Shown piece by piece: positions 20,596 to 33,489 of a stretch of DNA of 64,000 nt; the first letter of the stretch is position 1, and each line of letters begins with the position of its first letter. Source of the stretch: an uncultured delta proteobacterium (GTDB taxonomy: Bacteria; Desulfobacterota; Binatia; UBA9968). The notes below the pieces were generated by a model. The model was not told the origin of the DNA and made no database searches. It was given only the letters and a program-made list of their open reading frames with translations. A program made the position numbers and the translations under genes. The stretch spans positions 160,001-224,000 of the forward strand of contig CAVSLC010000019.1 of NCBI GenBank assembly GCA_963728565.1. Direction: 5' to 3'.

Positions 20596-21796
20596 ATGGG
20601 GGATTTCCTGCGCTCGAACCCGCTGACAAGATTTATCCTGCTCTATGCCGCAATGTATGCCGCGTTCGGCGTGGCTTCTCCCTTCCTGCCTTCTTTCTTG
20701 AGCGCGCGAGGCTTGCCGCCCGAGCAGCTTGGTCTCGTGCTCGGCGCCGGCACCGCCGTCCGGTTGCTCACGGCGCCCCTGGCGGGCCGGATCGGTGATC
20801 TAATCCAGGCTCTCCGCGTGGTGCTTGTCGTATGCACCGCGCTGGCCGCCTCAGCGACGTTGGGCTATCTCGCGGCCCATGAAATATGGATTCTGCTTGG
20901 GGTAGGCTTGCTGCATGCCGCATCGCTAGCGCCGATTACTATTTTGGCAGACGCACTGGCGGTAGGATCTGCCACTCCGCCAGCGCATACTACGGCGCCG
21001 GGGATTCGAATATGGATGGGTCCGGGGCACCGGCTCGGCTGCCTTCATCATCGGCACCTTGCTTTCCGGGCAGGCGGTCAGCGTATTTGGTCTCGACATC
21101 ATTATCCGGCTCCAGGCCTTGCTACTCGGCATGGCAGCTTGCGCCGGGATTCTGGTGCCGGAACTGATTCACCCTCGCACAGCCGATGTCGTGCGGTCAC
21201 CGGCGGGCGGTGTTCGTGTTCTGCTCCGGATTGCGCAGTTTCGGAATCTTGTCATCGTAGCAGCGATGATCCTCGGCAGCCACGCCATGCACGATGCATT
21301 TGCCGTGATCCGCTGGAGTGCCGCTGGCATCAGCCCGGCTACCGCAAGCTTACTCTGGTCAGAGTCGGTGGCGGCAGAGGTGTTCGTGTTCTTCGTTGTT
21401 GGCCCAGGGCTGGTCAACCGGCTGACCCCCGCCGGCGCGCTGGCCACAGCCGCACTGGCTGGCATGCTGCGTTGGGCAGTGGCGGCGCAGACGACCGATG
21501 TGATTGCGCTTGGATTAGTACAGCCGCTGCACGGCATCACTTTCGCGCTGCTGCATCTCGCTTGCATGCGTCTAATTTCCCGCATCGTGCCGCAAGGTCT
21601 CGAGGGTACGGCGCAGGCGATCTACGGTACCGTCGGCATCGGCGCGGCCACGGCGTTGCTCACCTTCGTGTCCGGCGCGCTGTACGAGCGCCTGGGCGCG
21701 CAAGGCTTTTGGGTTATGGCGGCGCTGTGCGCGCTTGCGTTGCCGGTGACCTGGAAGCTCAGAGAACCAGTGCTCGGCGAAAGTCGCACTCGATAA
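20596..21796 (+). CDS. MFS transporter (HcaT/MFS_1-like); frameshift near 20995
   Basis: PFLPSFLSARG, GRIGD, ESVAAEV, QPLHGITF; multiple TM segments over two frames. Confidence 0.85.
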
Positions 21797-22067
21797 CCGC
21801 CTTAAACACTCAACATTCGCATTGTCACTGAACTTTGCGCGGCTCCGATGCCGGGTTACCTGCACTGCATCTACCTACGAAATTCCGCTGGTCGCGTTAT
21901 CGTTCTGCTCAGCCCACGTAAGCTTGAAGCCAGCGGCTTTTTGGCCGAGGCCGGAAGAAATTGATGATACAGATATCAAGTGTGGCACTGAACGTCGCGA
22001 TCGAATAAAAGCTGACATGTTCCAGGGGTACGCATTTCGTAGACTGCTAAATCGAGAAGGAGAATTT

Positions 22068-23069
22068 ATGTTGAACCTAAAGATGATCGTGACGCTATTG
22101 ATCGCTGCCGGTCATTGTCTGATAGCGCCAAGGCTCGACGCGGCCGATGCGGCGCTTAAGAAGCTCCGGATCGGCTATCCATCGCATAGCGCCAGCATGT
22201 ATCCGATCTATGTTACCAAGGAAGCTAAGCTGTTGGAAAAGCATGGGCTAGACGGTGAGTCTGATTTACGTTCAAGGGGTGCAGATGGTGCAAGTCCATG
22301 TTGCCGGGCAATTGGATGTGACGACGACATCCGGCTTGGTTACCTTGCAATCGTCGGTTTCGGGAGCGGATCTGATATTGCTGGCAAATTCTATTGACAT
22401 GCATCTAATGAAGCTCACCGCACATCCCGGCATCAACGCCCTGCAGACCTCAAGGGTAAATCTATTGCCGTGACACGCTTCGGCTCTTTGACCGACCTGA
22501 TCGTGCGCCCGCTGTTGGTGAGCTGGGGATTGGATCCGAAAAAGGACGTGACACTTTTGCAGATCGGCAGCCAGCGCGATATTGCCGCGGCGATAGCGCT
22601 CAAGAAAGTTGACGCCGGCGTGCTTTCCTTTCCCACGTCTTACTACGCCGAGAGAACCGGTCTCAAGACGCTCTACGACTTTACTGAATCAGGCAGCGAA
22701 ATACCGACGACTACTGTGGCAATCAGCCGAGAATATGGCAGAAAGAACCGGGACTCGGTACTGAGATTTTTACGAGCCTACCTCGAGGGACACAAGAAAT
22801 TACTCACCGATCGCGCCTTAAGCATACGCGCTCTCCGGCAATACGGCGGCATCGCCGATGAGGAAACTCTGGCTTACACTTACGATCTTTTCAGCACGAG
22901 AATCGTGCGCAAAATCCCGACGATCACCATGCAGAGCGTCGACAATGCGCTGAAATTACTCGCTGAGACCATGCCTAAAGCAAAAGAACGCAAAGCCAGC
23001 GAATTCATCGATTCCAGTTACATGGAAGAGCTGGAGCGCACGGGTTTCATCAAGTCCCTATGGCCGTGA
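22068..23069 (+). CDS. ABC transporter substrate-binding protein (NMT1/SsuA-like); frameshifts near 22257 and 22440
   Basis: Signal peptide and KLRIGYPS, then LIYVQG, then TRFGSLTD, KKDVTLLQIG, TGFIKSLW in successive frames. Confidence 0.85.
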
Positions 23070-23202
23070 CGGATTGGCGGTTCCGCATTCTAAGTTGATT
23101 TTTTCGCCGCCCGTCCGCCTCTGTTGTCGCGCCTCCGGGCAGAGGCACCTAACTCTTCTCCGGACAATGGAGGCTGCGCAAACATTCTTCCCTGTGCACG
23201 TT

Positions 23203-23482
23203 CTAGTTGGTTGCTGTTACGACGTTACGGTTCGCGGCCGGCGGATAGAGAAAATCATGAATTTCCTCTCCTGATGGGCCGACCAGATGAACGGTGTCAG
23301 GCGTATTGTCTGGTTCCATCGGCGGTTCGCTTGTTTTGATATTTCTATCTTTGGCTTCAACGACTGGTTTATCGGTTTTGCCCCTCGTCAGCGTATAGCT
23401 GCGGGAATTCGCTAGCAGCAGAGCTAGAAAACCCGCTGCAAACCAATAGAGTGCGGCGCATTTGGTTGTATTTTGTTTTCAT
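23203..23482 (-). CDS. Hypothetical small exported protein (needs one base removed from an A run near 23470)
   Basis: GGAGA RBS and ATG at 23482; corrected frame gives MKTNTTKCAALYWFAAGFLALLLANSRSY...VVTATN*, 92 aa. Confidence 0.4.
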
Positions 23483-24157
23483 TTTCTCCACATTCCCGAA
23501 TGCGATAGAAGTAATCCCCACGAGAGGGATTCCATTCATGCTAGAGAGCTAAGCGCAATTTCAGTACCAGGAACTCGGAACAGAGGTATCCCAATAGGGA
23601 TGCTCGAAAAGACACGACTCCATCAATAATGAATTCCCGAAGATGCGTGGGTCTAAAATTGAGTTGACGGCACTGTCTACTCAGTTCACGCAGAAATGAT
23701 GCTATTGGAACTGAAACCCGGATTCTCCAGTAGAGTTGGATACATGTGTATCGACCAAGCGGCGCGCCTGAAGGAGCGAAGGCATGGAAGCGAACAATTT
23801 CAAATGCCTTTTATGGCTCTTGTCTCAGGGCTGGGAATTTTTCTCCGGGAGTCCGCGGCCATCGGAGATTGCATCCGCTGCAGGCGGCTGGCCAATTGCC
23901 TTGGATCAGGAGGGCTTGCCGCTGGATCAAGGTGTCAGTTTGAATTGCGAAATCCAGCTGTAAGGCATGATTGGCGAGTTCAACGGATAGTTACTGCTTA
24001 GCCATCCGAGTCACTTGCTCGGGTCGTTCATACAACGCCGCGGTTGGTCCGGTAAGAGATTCCGCCGTTTTTCCCACGGGTGATCTACCAGGCCGGCTGT
24101 GCTAAGTTATTTTGTTTCTCGAGCAAGCTTTAGCTACAGGAGAACCTAGGTCGTCGA

Positions 24158-27100
24158 ATGCCTGAAAAAACCTCCGTTCGAGATACTGATGCTGGTTCTA
24201 CTGTCACTGCGGTTCAGTCCGGTTCGGCAGCGGTTCGTTTGCGCGAGGCGCGCCGTTTCCTGGACCAGTTCGAACCGGGCGCAGAGGTGCTTCTCCTCGG
24301 CGCATCCCGCGGTTCGGTCGACGATCTCGCGCGCGCGATTACGAACGAAAGAGGGGCGACATTTGGACTGCATCGACTCTCGTTCACGCAGCTCGCGGCC
24401 CGGCTGGCTGCCCTAGAACTTGCTTCTCGCGAGCGGGCTCCCACGACTGCTCTGGGGCACGAAGCGGTTGCGACCCGGGCGGCGTTCGAGGCCGGCACCG
24501 ACGACGCGTTGGAATATTTCTCGCCCGTCTCCCAGACGCCGGGTTTTCCCAAGGCGCTGGCGCGTACCTTACTCGACTTAAGACTTGCTTCTGTAGACGG
24601 CGGTGATCTGGTCCGGCTGCCACGCAGCGGAACTGATTTAGCCGCCTTGCTGGATCGAGTCGAAGACCTTCTGAACGAGGCTGGGGCCAGCGACCGGGCC
24701 GCATTGTTCGAGATCGCGACCATGGCGTTGGGCTCGCCTGTGATTGGCTGGCCGCCGATGCCGCTGCTGCTGCTCGATGTTCCGTTCCAATCTGAAATCG
24801 AAGCTCGGTTTCTCTGGGCTCTAATCCAGCAATCGCCACGCGTGATTGATTACCGTCCCGATGGGGGACGCGTCTGCCGTCACTCAACTGGAGAAACGCG
24901 GCGCCCGGCTCCAGAACATGGAGGAAGCCGGGGAGACCGATCTGACCCAGCTTGCGCGTTATCTTTTTTCCAAAGATCCACCGCCAGAGCGAGCCCGTTC
25001 CGGTGAACTGGTGTGGTTTTCCGCGCCCGGCGAAGGGCGCGAATGTGTGGAGATTGCGCGCCGTATTCTGAAAGAAGCCGATCGCGGTGTACGCTTCGAT
25101 GAAATGGCAATCGTCATCCGCCCGGCGCAGCACTACATCGGACTACTGGAGCATGCTCTCACCCGGGCCGGGATTCCCGCGTATTTCGAGCGTGGCACGC
25201 GACGTCCCGATCCCGCAGGGCGGGCCTTACTGGCGATTCTCAGTTGTGCAACCGAAAATTTCTCAGCCAAACGCTTTGCCGAGTATCTTTCGTTGGCTCA
25301 AGTGCCATCCCTGGACGATTTCGGCAAGGTTCCGGTGCGATCCGGTGATTCGACGTGGGTGGCCTCTCGCGATGACGTCTTCGGAATCCTCTCCGAAGCT
25401 GCATTCGATCAAGCCGATCATGGCGACATCGAAGACGATGAAGACTCGCTGACGGCCGGCAGCTGCAATGACGATCACGCCGTTATGGCCGGAACGCTCA
25501 GAGCGCCTTGGAAGTGGGAAAGTCTCCTCGTTGAATCGGCTGTTATCGGTGGCAGTGACCGCTGGGCGCGGCGGCTAAACGGCTTGGCTGCGGAATACGA
25601 AGTGAAAATTCGCGAGCTAACATCCGAGCAGCCAGACTCACCCCGTATTGCTCACCTGGAGCGCGAGCGGCAGAACCTTGCGCATCTGCGGAACTTTGCC
25701 CTGCCGCTCATCGAAACCATGTCTGCCTGGCCGCAACAGGCCGCGTGGGGCGATTGGATCAAGCGCCTTGAAGAGTTTGCGCCGCAGGTGTTGCGGCGCG
25801 CCGAGTTCGTGTTGCGCGTGTTAGCCGATCTGCGACCGATGGCTGCAGTGGGTCCGGTGACCCTGGCCGAGGTGCGCGCGGTGCTGGCCGATCGCCTGGC
25901 AACGCTGGAACTGGAACCGCCCCTGCATCGTTACGGCCGGGTATTCGTCTGCAGCGCCGATCAGGCGCGCGGCCGCGCCTTTCGAGTGGCGTTTGTGCCG
26001 GGATTGGCCGAGCGGCTTTTTCCCCAAAAGCTGCATGAAGATCCACTATTGCTGGATGATCTTCGACGTGAAATCGGCATCGCGCTAGCTCTGCAAGAGG
26101 ATCGCGCCGAGCATGAGCGGCTCTTGCTGCGCCTGGCCGTCGGTGCCGCGGCTGAACGCTTGTATGTCTCGTTCCCGCGCATCGAAACCGTCGACGCTCG
26201 CGCGCGGGTGCCGTCGTTTTACGCGCTCGAAGTTATGCGCGCCGTGACCGGACGCATCCCGGACCATCAGACGCTCGAATCTGAAGCTTCAGAAGAGGCC
26301 AACGCGAGCCTCGGATGGCCGGCGCCGCAGCGCCCGGAAGACGCCATTGACGATTTCGAGCATGATCTCTCGGTGCTGCGCCTATTGATGCGCAGCGAAA
26401 AGGATGTGAAAGGTCATGCCCATTACATGCTCCGCCTCAACGACTGCGTTCGGCGCTCGGCCAGCGAGCGTTGGGCGCGCGCACGGCAGCCATGGTCCTC
26501 CTATGATGGTCTCGTCCGGGTCACGGACGCCACCAAGCCGTTTCTCCAGTCGCAACGGTTGACAGCGCGCCCGTACTCCGTCTCTGCGCTGCAGAATTAC
26601 GCGTACTGTCCTTATCGATTCCTGTTATCGGCGATGTACCGCTTCGAACCACTCGAGGAGCCTGAGCCGCTCGAGCGCATGGATCCGCTCACGAAGGGGA
26701 GCTTGTTTCACGAGGTGCTGGCTGAATTCTTTCGCGCCTTACAGCAGCGGCAAATGGCAATGGCAACGACCTCGATGGATGCGGTGCTCGAACTCCTGGA
26801 CGCGACTCTCACACGGGTTGCGGCAAACTATGCAGAGCGGCTCGCGCCGGCGGTGGACCGCGTATGGCAGGACGAGATTGCAAGCATCCGCACCGATCTG
26901 CATATCTGGGCCCGCGATCTCGCTCACAACACCGGCTGGGAGCCGTGGCTATTCGAATTTGGCTTCGGCCTGCCTGATTCGCCCGAGCGTGATCCAAATA
27001 GCCGGCGTGAGCCGGTTATAATTGACGGGCGATTTATCCTGCGCGGGGCGATTGATTTGATCGAACGAAAGCCGGAGACGAATCTTCTTAGAGTAACCGA

Positions 27101-27482
27101 TCACAAGACATCGAAGAACCGGTCCGAGCGCGGTTCAATCATCGGCCAAGGACGGCAACTTCAGCCGGTGATCTATAGCCTCGCGGTTGAGGCGGCAACC
27201 GGTTTTACCGTGGAAAGCGCGCGCTTCTCATACTGCACGACTGCGGGCGGATTTACTGAACATAGTGTTGCCATCAATGAGCGGACTCGCAGGATGGGCA
27301 TCGAAGCGCTGGAGATCATCGACCGAGCCGTCGAGCTTGGCATGCTGCCGCCGGCGCCGGCCGAGAAGGCATGCGCCTATTGCGACTTCTTATCCGTATG
27401 CGGTCCGAACCAGGAGCGCCGCTCGCGCCGAAAATCGCGCAAGGAGATCGCCGATCTGATCGAGCTGAGGGGACGACAATGA
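24158..27482 (+). CDS. addB: AddB-like subunit (inactive helicase plus PD-(D/E)XK nuclease with Fe-S cysteines); frameshift near 24846
   Basis: YCPYRF plus terminal CAYCDFLSVC (four Cys), KGSLFHEVL, GAIDLIE...TDHKT, QLQPVIY; ATGA overlap with the helicase gene. Confidence 0.85.
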
Positions 27483-30400
27483 CGCTGCCGGGTCTCGCTG
27501 ATCAAGCCGATCGTGATCAGATTGCTACAGCGTTGGACGATACCCTGATCGTCGAGGCCGCCGCCGGCACCGGCAAAACCACCGAGCTGGTGCGGCGCAT
27601 TGTGCGCGTCATCGAAACAGGCCGCGCCGAAATGACCGGGATCGTCGCCGTTACTTTCACGGAAAAGGCCGCCGGCGAGCTCAAGCTGCGCCTGCGCGAA
27701 GCGCTCGAAGAGGCAAGAGGAGGATCCGCCAACGATTCCGCAGAGCGCCGCCGGCTCGACGCGGCGGTCGGCAGGCTCGAGGAAGCGCAAATCAGCACTA
27801 TTCACGGATTCTGCGCCGATCTTTTGAGAGAGCGTCCGATCGAAGCGCGGATCGATCCGTTATTTAGAGTACTCACCGAGGCCCAGGCGGCGAGCATGTA
27901 TGATGAAGGATTTCACCGCTGGATCGAGACTCAGCTCGCAAATCCATCGGAAGGTGTCAAGCGCTCGCTGCGCCGCGCGGTGTTCGGCGGTTTCGGGATT
28001 CAGACCGACGGTGGTGACGGTCCCATCGAGAGGCTGCGGCGCGCAGGCTGGGAGCTAATCCAATGGCGTGATTTCGAGGGCGACTGGCAGCGACCGAGTT
28101 TGGACCGCTTGTCTCGCATCGACGGGCTGGTTCAGCTCTTAGATGGGTTCAGCGAATTGCTCGAACCCCCCGGTGATGCCCGAGACTCACTGTACGCCGA
28201 CACTTGGGCGGCGAGGAAACTCGCAGAAGAGATCCGGCGAACCGAATCGGTGGCGCCGCGGGATTACGACCGGCTCGAAGCCGGCCTTATCGAGCTTAGC
28301 CGGAATCGTAACTTTAAGGATGCGCGAAAAGGGAGCGGTAAAAGCTATCGCACCGGAGTCCTGCGCGAGAATGTTTGCCGGGCGCTTGAAAACCTGTATC
28401 AAGCTCTGACCGAGTTCAAAGATGACGCCGATGCCGATCTTGCCGCGGCACTGCGCGACGAACTGCGTGGCTGCGTTGGCGCCTATGAAGCCGCAAAAGC
28501 CAAGGCGGGCGCCCTGGATTTTCTCGATCTCCTGCTCAAGGCGCGAGATCTCATCCGGGATACCGCGGAGGTGCGTTCCACCTTTCAATTGCGCTTCAAG
28601 CGCATCTTTGTGGATGAGTTCCAGGATACCGATCCGCTGCAGGCTGAGATCCTTTTGCTTCTGGCTGCCGATGATCCGGCTGCGACCCACTGGCGTCTAA
28701 CTCACCCGGTTTCCGGCAAGCTCTTTCTAGTCGGTGACCCGAAACAGTCGATCTATCGCTTCCGCCGCGCCGATGTCGGGATTTATCGCAGCGTGTACGA
28801 GATGCTTCAGGCGGCGGGCGCCAGAAGGGTAACGTTGCGGACCAGTTTTCGCGCACGTCCAAATATGCAGCGTGCCATCAACGCCGCCTTCGAGCCGGTG
28901 ATGACCGGCGATGGCGACGTGCTGCAGCCGGCTTATGTGCCGCTCGAGCCGTTTCGTCCGGAATCCCAGGAACAGCCGTCCATGGTCGTGCTTCCCGTGC
29001 CTGAGCCGTACGGCTATCGGAGACTTTCCAATGCCGCGATCGAGAAGTCGCTTCCGGATGCGGTTGGCGGTTTTATCGACTGGCTGATTAACGACAGCGG
29101 CTGGAAAGTCGCCGAACGGCCGACCACGGCGAAATCGTCTCTGGCGCCAACTACGGCGCGGGGTTTTCGGCCGGGCGAAACCGAGCATCTCGTGCGGATC
29201 CAGCCGCGCCATATCTGCCTGCTGTTTCGCCGCTTCACCAGCTTTGGCGAGGACATGACGCGCCCTTACGTGGAAGCTCTCGAAGCGCGCGGGATTGCCC
29301 ATCTGTTGGTCGGCGGCCGCTCGTTTCACAATCGCGCGGAGATCGAGACGTTGCGCGCCGCGCTGGCCGCCATCGAGTGGCCTGAAGATGAGTTATCGGT
29401 ATTTGCAACTTTGCGCGGTTCGCTGTTTGCGATCAGCGACGAGGAACTGCTGGAATACCGCCATCGCATCGGCCGTCTCCATCCATTTCGCATCCCGACC
29501 GAGTTTCCGGCAAATCTTGCCGTTATCGTCGAGGGTCTCAAATTGTTGCAAGCGCTCCACCGCCATCGCAATCGGGTATCAGTGGCGACAACGATTGCCT
29601 CGCTGCTCGAGGCTACACGGGCGCATGTCGGCTTTGCGCTGGAGCACGGCGGTGAACAGGTGCTTGCGAATGTTGCGCACGTCATCGACTTGGCGCGCCG
29701 CTACGAGACCGAAGGCGGCATCTCATTTCGCGGCTTCATCGAGGCGCTACGCGAGCAGGCCGAAAGCGGCGAGGCCGGGGAAGCTCCGATTCTCGAGGAA
29801 GGCAGCGACGGCGTGCGGTTGATGACGGTGCATAAAGCCAAAGGGCTGGAATTCCCGGTGGTGATCCTCGCCGACATGACTGCGAAGCTGCGCCCGTCCG
29901 TCGCTAGCCGGTATCTCGATTCCGAGCGCAACGTGTGCGCGATCAGACTCGGCGGATGCGCGCCGGCCGATTTGCTCGATCACGAAGACGAAGAATTGCT
30001 GCGCGATGAGGCCGAGGGTATCCGCGTGGCGTACGTAGCGGCAACTCGCGCGCGCGATCTTCTGGTGATTCCGGCCGTTGGCGATGAGGAGAGAGAAGGC
30101 TGGATCCAGCCGCTCAACACAGCGGTTTATCCTGCGAAGGAGGCGCGTCGTCAGCAGGTTCAAGCGCCCGGATGTGTGGAGTTCCAATCCAAAGATTCCG
30201 TATGGGTCCGGCCCGGCGGCAGCGCGGCCAGCGCGAGCACGGTGTGTCCTGGCCTGCACGTTTGTAGGGGAAGAGGCCCTTCACAGATAAGCGAGTTTTC
30301 GGTGGTCTGGTGGGATCCACGCACGCTGAAGCTTGGCGCTGAGGCGCCGCTCGGTCTTCGCCGGCCGGAGCTGATCGTAAGAGACGTCGCGCCCGCGATT

Positions 30401-31050
30401 GTCGATTCAGGTCTTGCCGCTTACAATTCTTGGCGCGAGCGACACCAGCAAGCCATTGCCGCCGGCAGTCATAGCTCGGTGGCACCGAGGACTGTCACCC
30501 AGGCGGCGAAGAGCGGCGACGAATCAGCGCCCGACTTGAAGCTCGCGGCGTGTAGAAATTGTCGAGCTGCCGCGCGCCAGCCAACCGGCCGTCGGGACGA
30601 CGTTTCGGCACCCTGGTACACGCCGTTCTTGCGAGCGTCCCGCTCGATGGCGATCTGAACATCATCCAACGTCTCGCAACCATTCACGGCCGCATCCTGG
30701 GTGCACCTCAGGACGAAGTCGATGCTGCCAGTGAGAGTGTGCGGGTTGCGCTGGCGCATCGAGTCTTCGAGCATGCGCGCCAAGCTGCTCAACAAGGCCG
30801 TTGTCGCCGTGAAGTGCCGATCGCTTGGCGCGATCCTGACGGCTTGCTCATTGAAGGTGTAATCGATCTTGCCTTTGAGCATGCCGGCGGCTGGACAGTG
30901 ATCGATTATAAGACTGACGAAGAGTTTCGTGGGGATGAACCCGCCTATCGGCGGCAAGTGGGAATGTACGCAGCCGCGATCAACGCGGCCAATGGTGCGC
31001 CAGTTGCGGCGCTTGCTAATGCGAGTGTAACAAATGCCAAGCCAATGTAG
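27479..31050 (+). CDS. addA: AddA-like UvrD helicase-nuclease; frameshift near 30545
   Basis: AAAGTGKT, TFTEKAA, STIHGFC, VDEFQDT, VGDPKQSIYRFR, MTVHKAKGLE, YVAATRARD; C-terminal FGTLVH, GVIDL, IDYKTD. Confidence 0.92.
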
Positions 31051-31160
31051 TGCAGGCAAGATTCAAATCAACTGGCTGAGATGGCGGTAGGCTGCGAGAT
31101 TGATGTAGATTTTTTTCCACGTCGCCGTCCTTGATGTTTTCCCGAGTAGCAAGCTGACTA

Positions 31161-31736
31161 CTAATGCGGTGACCGGGTCCAAGTTGTGCCATTCTGCCAT
31201 TCGATCCGGTCGCGCTTGACATCGCCTCTCAATCCGCCTTCCCAATCGAGAGCGCGAATATCGCCATCACGAACTGTTTGTATTCGGCTCGTCTGACCGC
31301 GTTCGTTTCTCGCTTGAAGACCGTCCCGCGAAGACACAATTTCGACTCGTTTGTCATGGGCGCCATTTAAATACCAGGTTCCGGTCAAATTCCGTCGATG
31401 AGACGGCGCGCGCGTCCACGTTGACCCATTCGCCCATTCGATAGTATCCCGTCTGATATGCCCGCGCAGTCCACCTTCCCAATCCAAAGCCCGGACATTG
31501 TTGCCGCGCGTTTCCAATCGACTTGTTGCGCCATGTTCGTTTCTAGCTTGAAGGCCCCGGCGCGAGGTGCGGATCTCCACAGGCTTATCGCGCTCGCCGT
31601 TTGAGTACCATTTGCCGAGAAGGTTTGCCTCACGCCTGTCGGGTCCACCTCTTTCGTACGGCTGTGCAGAAACCAGAACGGGAGCGGCGAGAAGAGCTGT
31701 GAGCAGACCGGCATAGAGTAATTTCAAGTGTCTCAT
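31161..31736 (-). CDS. Secreted protein with two tandem ~77-aa repeats
   Basis: Signal peptide (VSA-Q), AGGAGG RBS; repeats NLxGxWY...GLQARNE...RALDWEGGLRG...IEWxNGxTWTR. Confidence 0.8.
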   Translation of the reverse strand: MRHLKLLYAGLLTALLAAPVLVSAQPYERGGPDRREANLLGKWYSNGERDKPVEIRTSRRGLQARNEHGATSRLETRGNNVRALDWEGGLRGHIRRDTIEWANGSTWTRAPSHRRNLTGTWYLNGAHDKRVEIVSSRDGLQARNERGQTSRIQTVRDGDIRALDWEGGLRGDVKRDRIEWQNGTTWTRSPH

Positions 31737-32474
31737 CTAGACCTCCTTCAGAGATAAAGCCGCATACTCTGACTATTCTCTAGAAAACATTCGGCCAAGT
31801 TTGGTTCTGCACGGCGACGTCCGTCATACGGATAATGGCGGATTGGTTGGTGATCCGAACAATAGTTTTGGGGTTGAAATCGTGCTCATTTACGCTCCGC
31901 GCCGATTTGGCTTGGTAACTCCGATGAGCGGTGAGCCGGATGAATGACGGAGCGGTGGATTACGTGTGCCGTACCGAAGTCAACAGCAGTTCCACCCAGG
32001 ATAGCGAATCTGATTGTGCCATGGATCGATTCCGAGCTGATTGCCCACCGTGACATCGGAGTTACCCCACAAGCTCTAAGCGCAAGGAAAATGCCACAGT
32101 AAAATCCGGGGTACTTTGGCGGTCGTTTGATGTTGAGGAAGCGCTGCGGCGTCTACTTTTGGGTTCCTCGGGCATCGAATCAGTACGACACCGGTAAAAT
32201 CCCAACAAAATTGCCGGGCAAAGAACCTTGTAGACAACCGCTATCCAACAGCAGTAAAACTCAGAAAACTCGAGATCCGGCAACTTGGAGCCACAAGGGA
32301 CAGGCTCGCCATCGCGCCGTCCCCGGCGGGCGCCAAACCGGAGTGATTTAGTCAAGAGGCTCCGGCGGAAGTTAAAAGTTGAAAGTGTTGATGAAATGCG
32401 CATCTTTATGTCAGAGCGAAATTGTATTTCAATGATCTCTAAGGGCAAGAATGCTATGCATGCGGAGAAGACGT

Positions 32475-32894
32475 ATGGCGAAACTTACGTTTTTGCTCGG
32501 TTTGTGCGGGTCCGGTAAGACCTTTATTGCTGAACGGCTCGCTACACAGACAGGAGCGGAGCTCTTCAGTGATTTTCTGCAGGACCAGAACAAGAACTTT
32601 CCTGCGCTTGTAAAGAATCTCAGCAGCGGAGTCGACTGCATTATAGATGAGTGGAAATATTCTATTCCCAGATTCCGGGACAAGATCTTGGCGGATCTGG
32701 TAAATGTACCCAATCTCGAAGTGGAGTGGATTTGCTTCGTGAATGATCGCGCCAGCGCAGATTGGAATGTTGTTCACCGAACCAACAAAGCCGATATCGA
32801 GGGACATCTCAGGATCAACGAGTTTCTTTCCGATGTATACCAGTACCCTGCGCAGGCGCAGATCTTGAAAATTACGCGCATCGATGCCGGGTGA
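32475..32894 (+). CDS. Small P-loop NTPase/kinase-like protein
   Basis: N-terminal Walker A GLCGSGKT, CIIDE Walker B-like; GGAG RBS. Confidence 0.75.
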   Translation: MAKLTFLLGLCGSGKTFIAERLATQTGAELFSDFLQDQNKNFPALVKNLSSGVDCIIDEWKYSIPRFRDKILADLVNVPNLEVEWICFVNDRASADWNVVHRTNKADIEGHLRINEFLSDVYQYPAQAQILKITRIDAG

Positions 32895-33002
32895 ACAGTT
32901 CATCCCGTTGTGTCTGCTTGGATTTGGGGTCTTGTATGTTCTGTTTCGTGCAAGCGATAAGCGCATATGATCAAGCCGAGCGAATGAGTCAGGAGGTATA
33001 CC

Positions 33003-33242
33003 ATGGACGAACTAACTGCATTAGCCATCTTGGCGAATACCCTTGAAACTTGCCTGAATACGGATCTGGGCGCGTCTGAAGTCTTTGCCGCTCTTAGTTT
33101 TCTCGCGGCGCGTGTTCCGGTAAAGTGGCCTTTCGTGGAATTTCGTCAAGGCTTGGACAGCGGTGATGAAATCGTTCGTCGTCAAATTCTCAACTCTGCG
33201 TTAGCCGCGATCAAGTTACTCCTCAGGGCTCGGCAACGATAA
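33003..33242 (+). CDS. Hypothetical protein
   Basis: 79-aa ORF with strong AGGAGGT RBS. Confidence 0.65.
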   Translation: MDELTALAILANTLETCLNTDLGASEVFAALSFLAARVPVKWPFVEFRQGLDSGDEIVRRQILNSALAAIKLLLRARQR

Positions 33243-33324
33243 AGCAGTGCTACGCCTCATCCTCGGGTCGTTGCTCGAGCGTTGTCGAGAGCATTTTCGG
33301 GTACAAAGTCTCGGAGAATAACTA

Positions 33325-33489
33325 ATGGAAAATTGCAAATGCACAGCGCGGGGACACGGTCACCCTGACAATCAATGCCATAATATCGCCGACACCGCCG
33401 ACGGCTACTGTCAAACATGCTCCGAAAAAATCGGTAAGGCGACACAGGAATCGGAACGGTCCGGGCCCAAGTCACCGATGGGGCAGTAG
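33325..33489 (+). CDS. Cys/His-rich 54-aa small protein (not in ORF track)
   Basis: GGAG RBS; MENCKCTARGHGHPDNQCHNIADTADGYCQTCSEKIGKATQESERSGPKSPMGQ*. Confidence 0.6.
   Translation: MENCKCTARGHGHPDNQCHNIADTADGYCQTCSEKIGKATQESERSGPKSPMGQ

Noticed and set aside
23500-24150. ORFs 23696-24001 and 23746-23943, or an ncRNA in this spacer
   Set aside because: No RBS, motif or convincing structure found
24158-31050. Helicase plus Cas4-like Fe-S nuclease as a novel defence system
   Set aside because: Gene order, ATGA coupling and motifs fit the well-known AddAB repair complex; no cas genes or array nearby
32062-32518. Overlapping short ORFs upstream of the P-loop gene
   Set aside because: Mutually overlapping, atypical composition, no recognisable features
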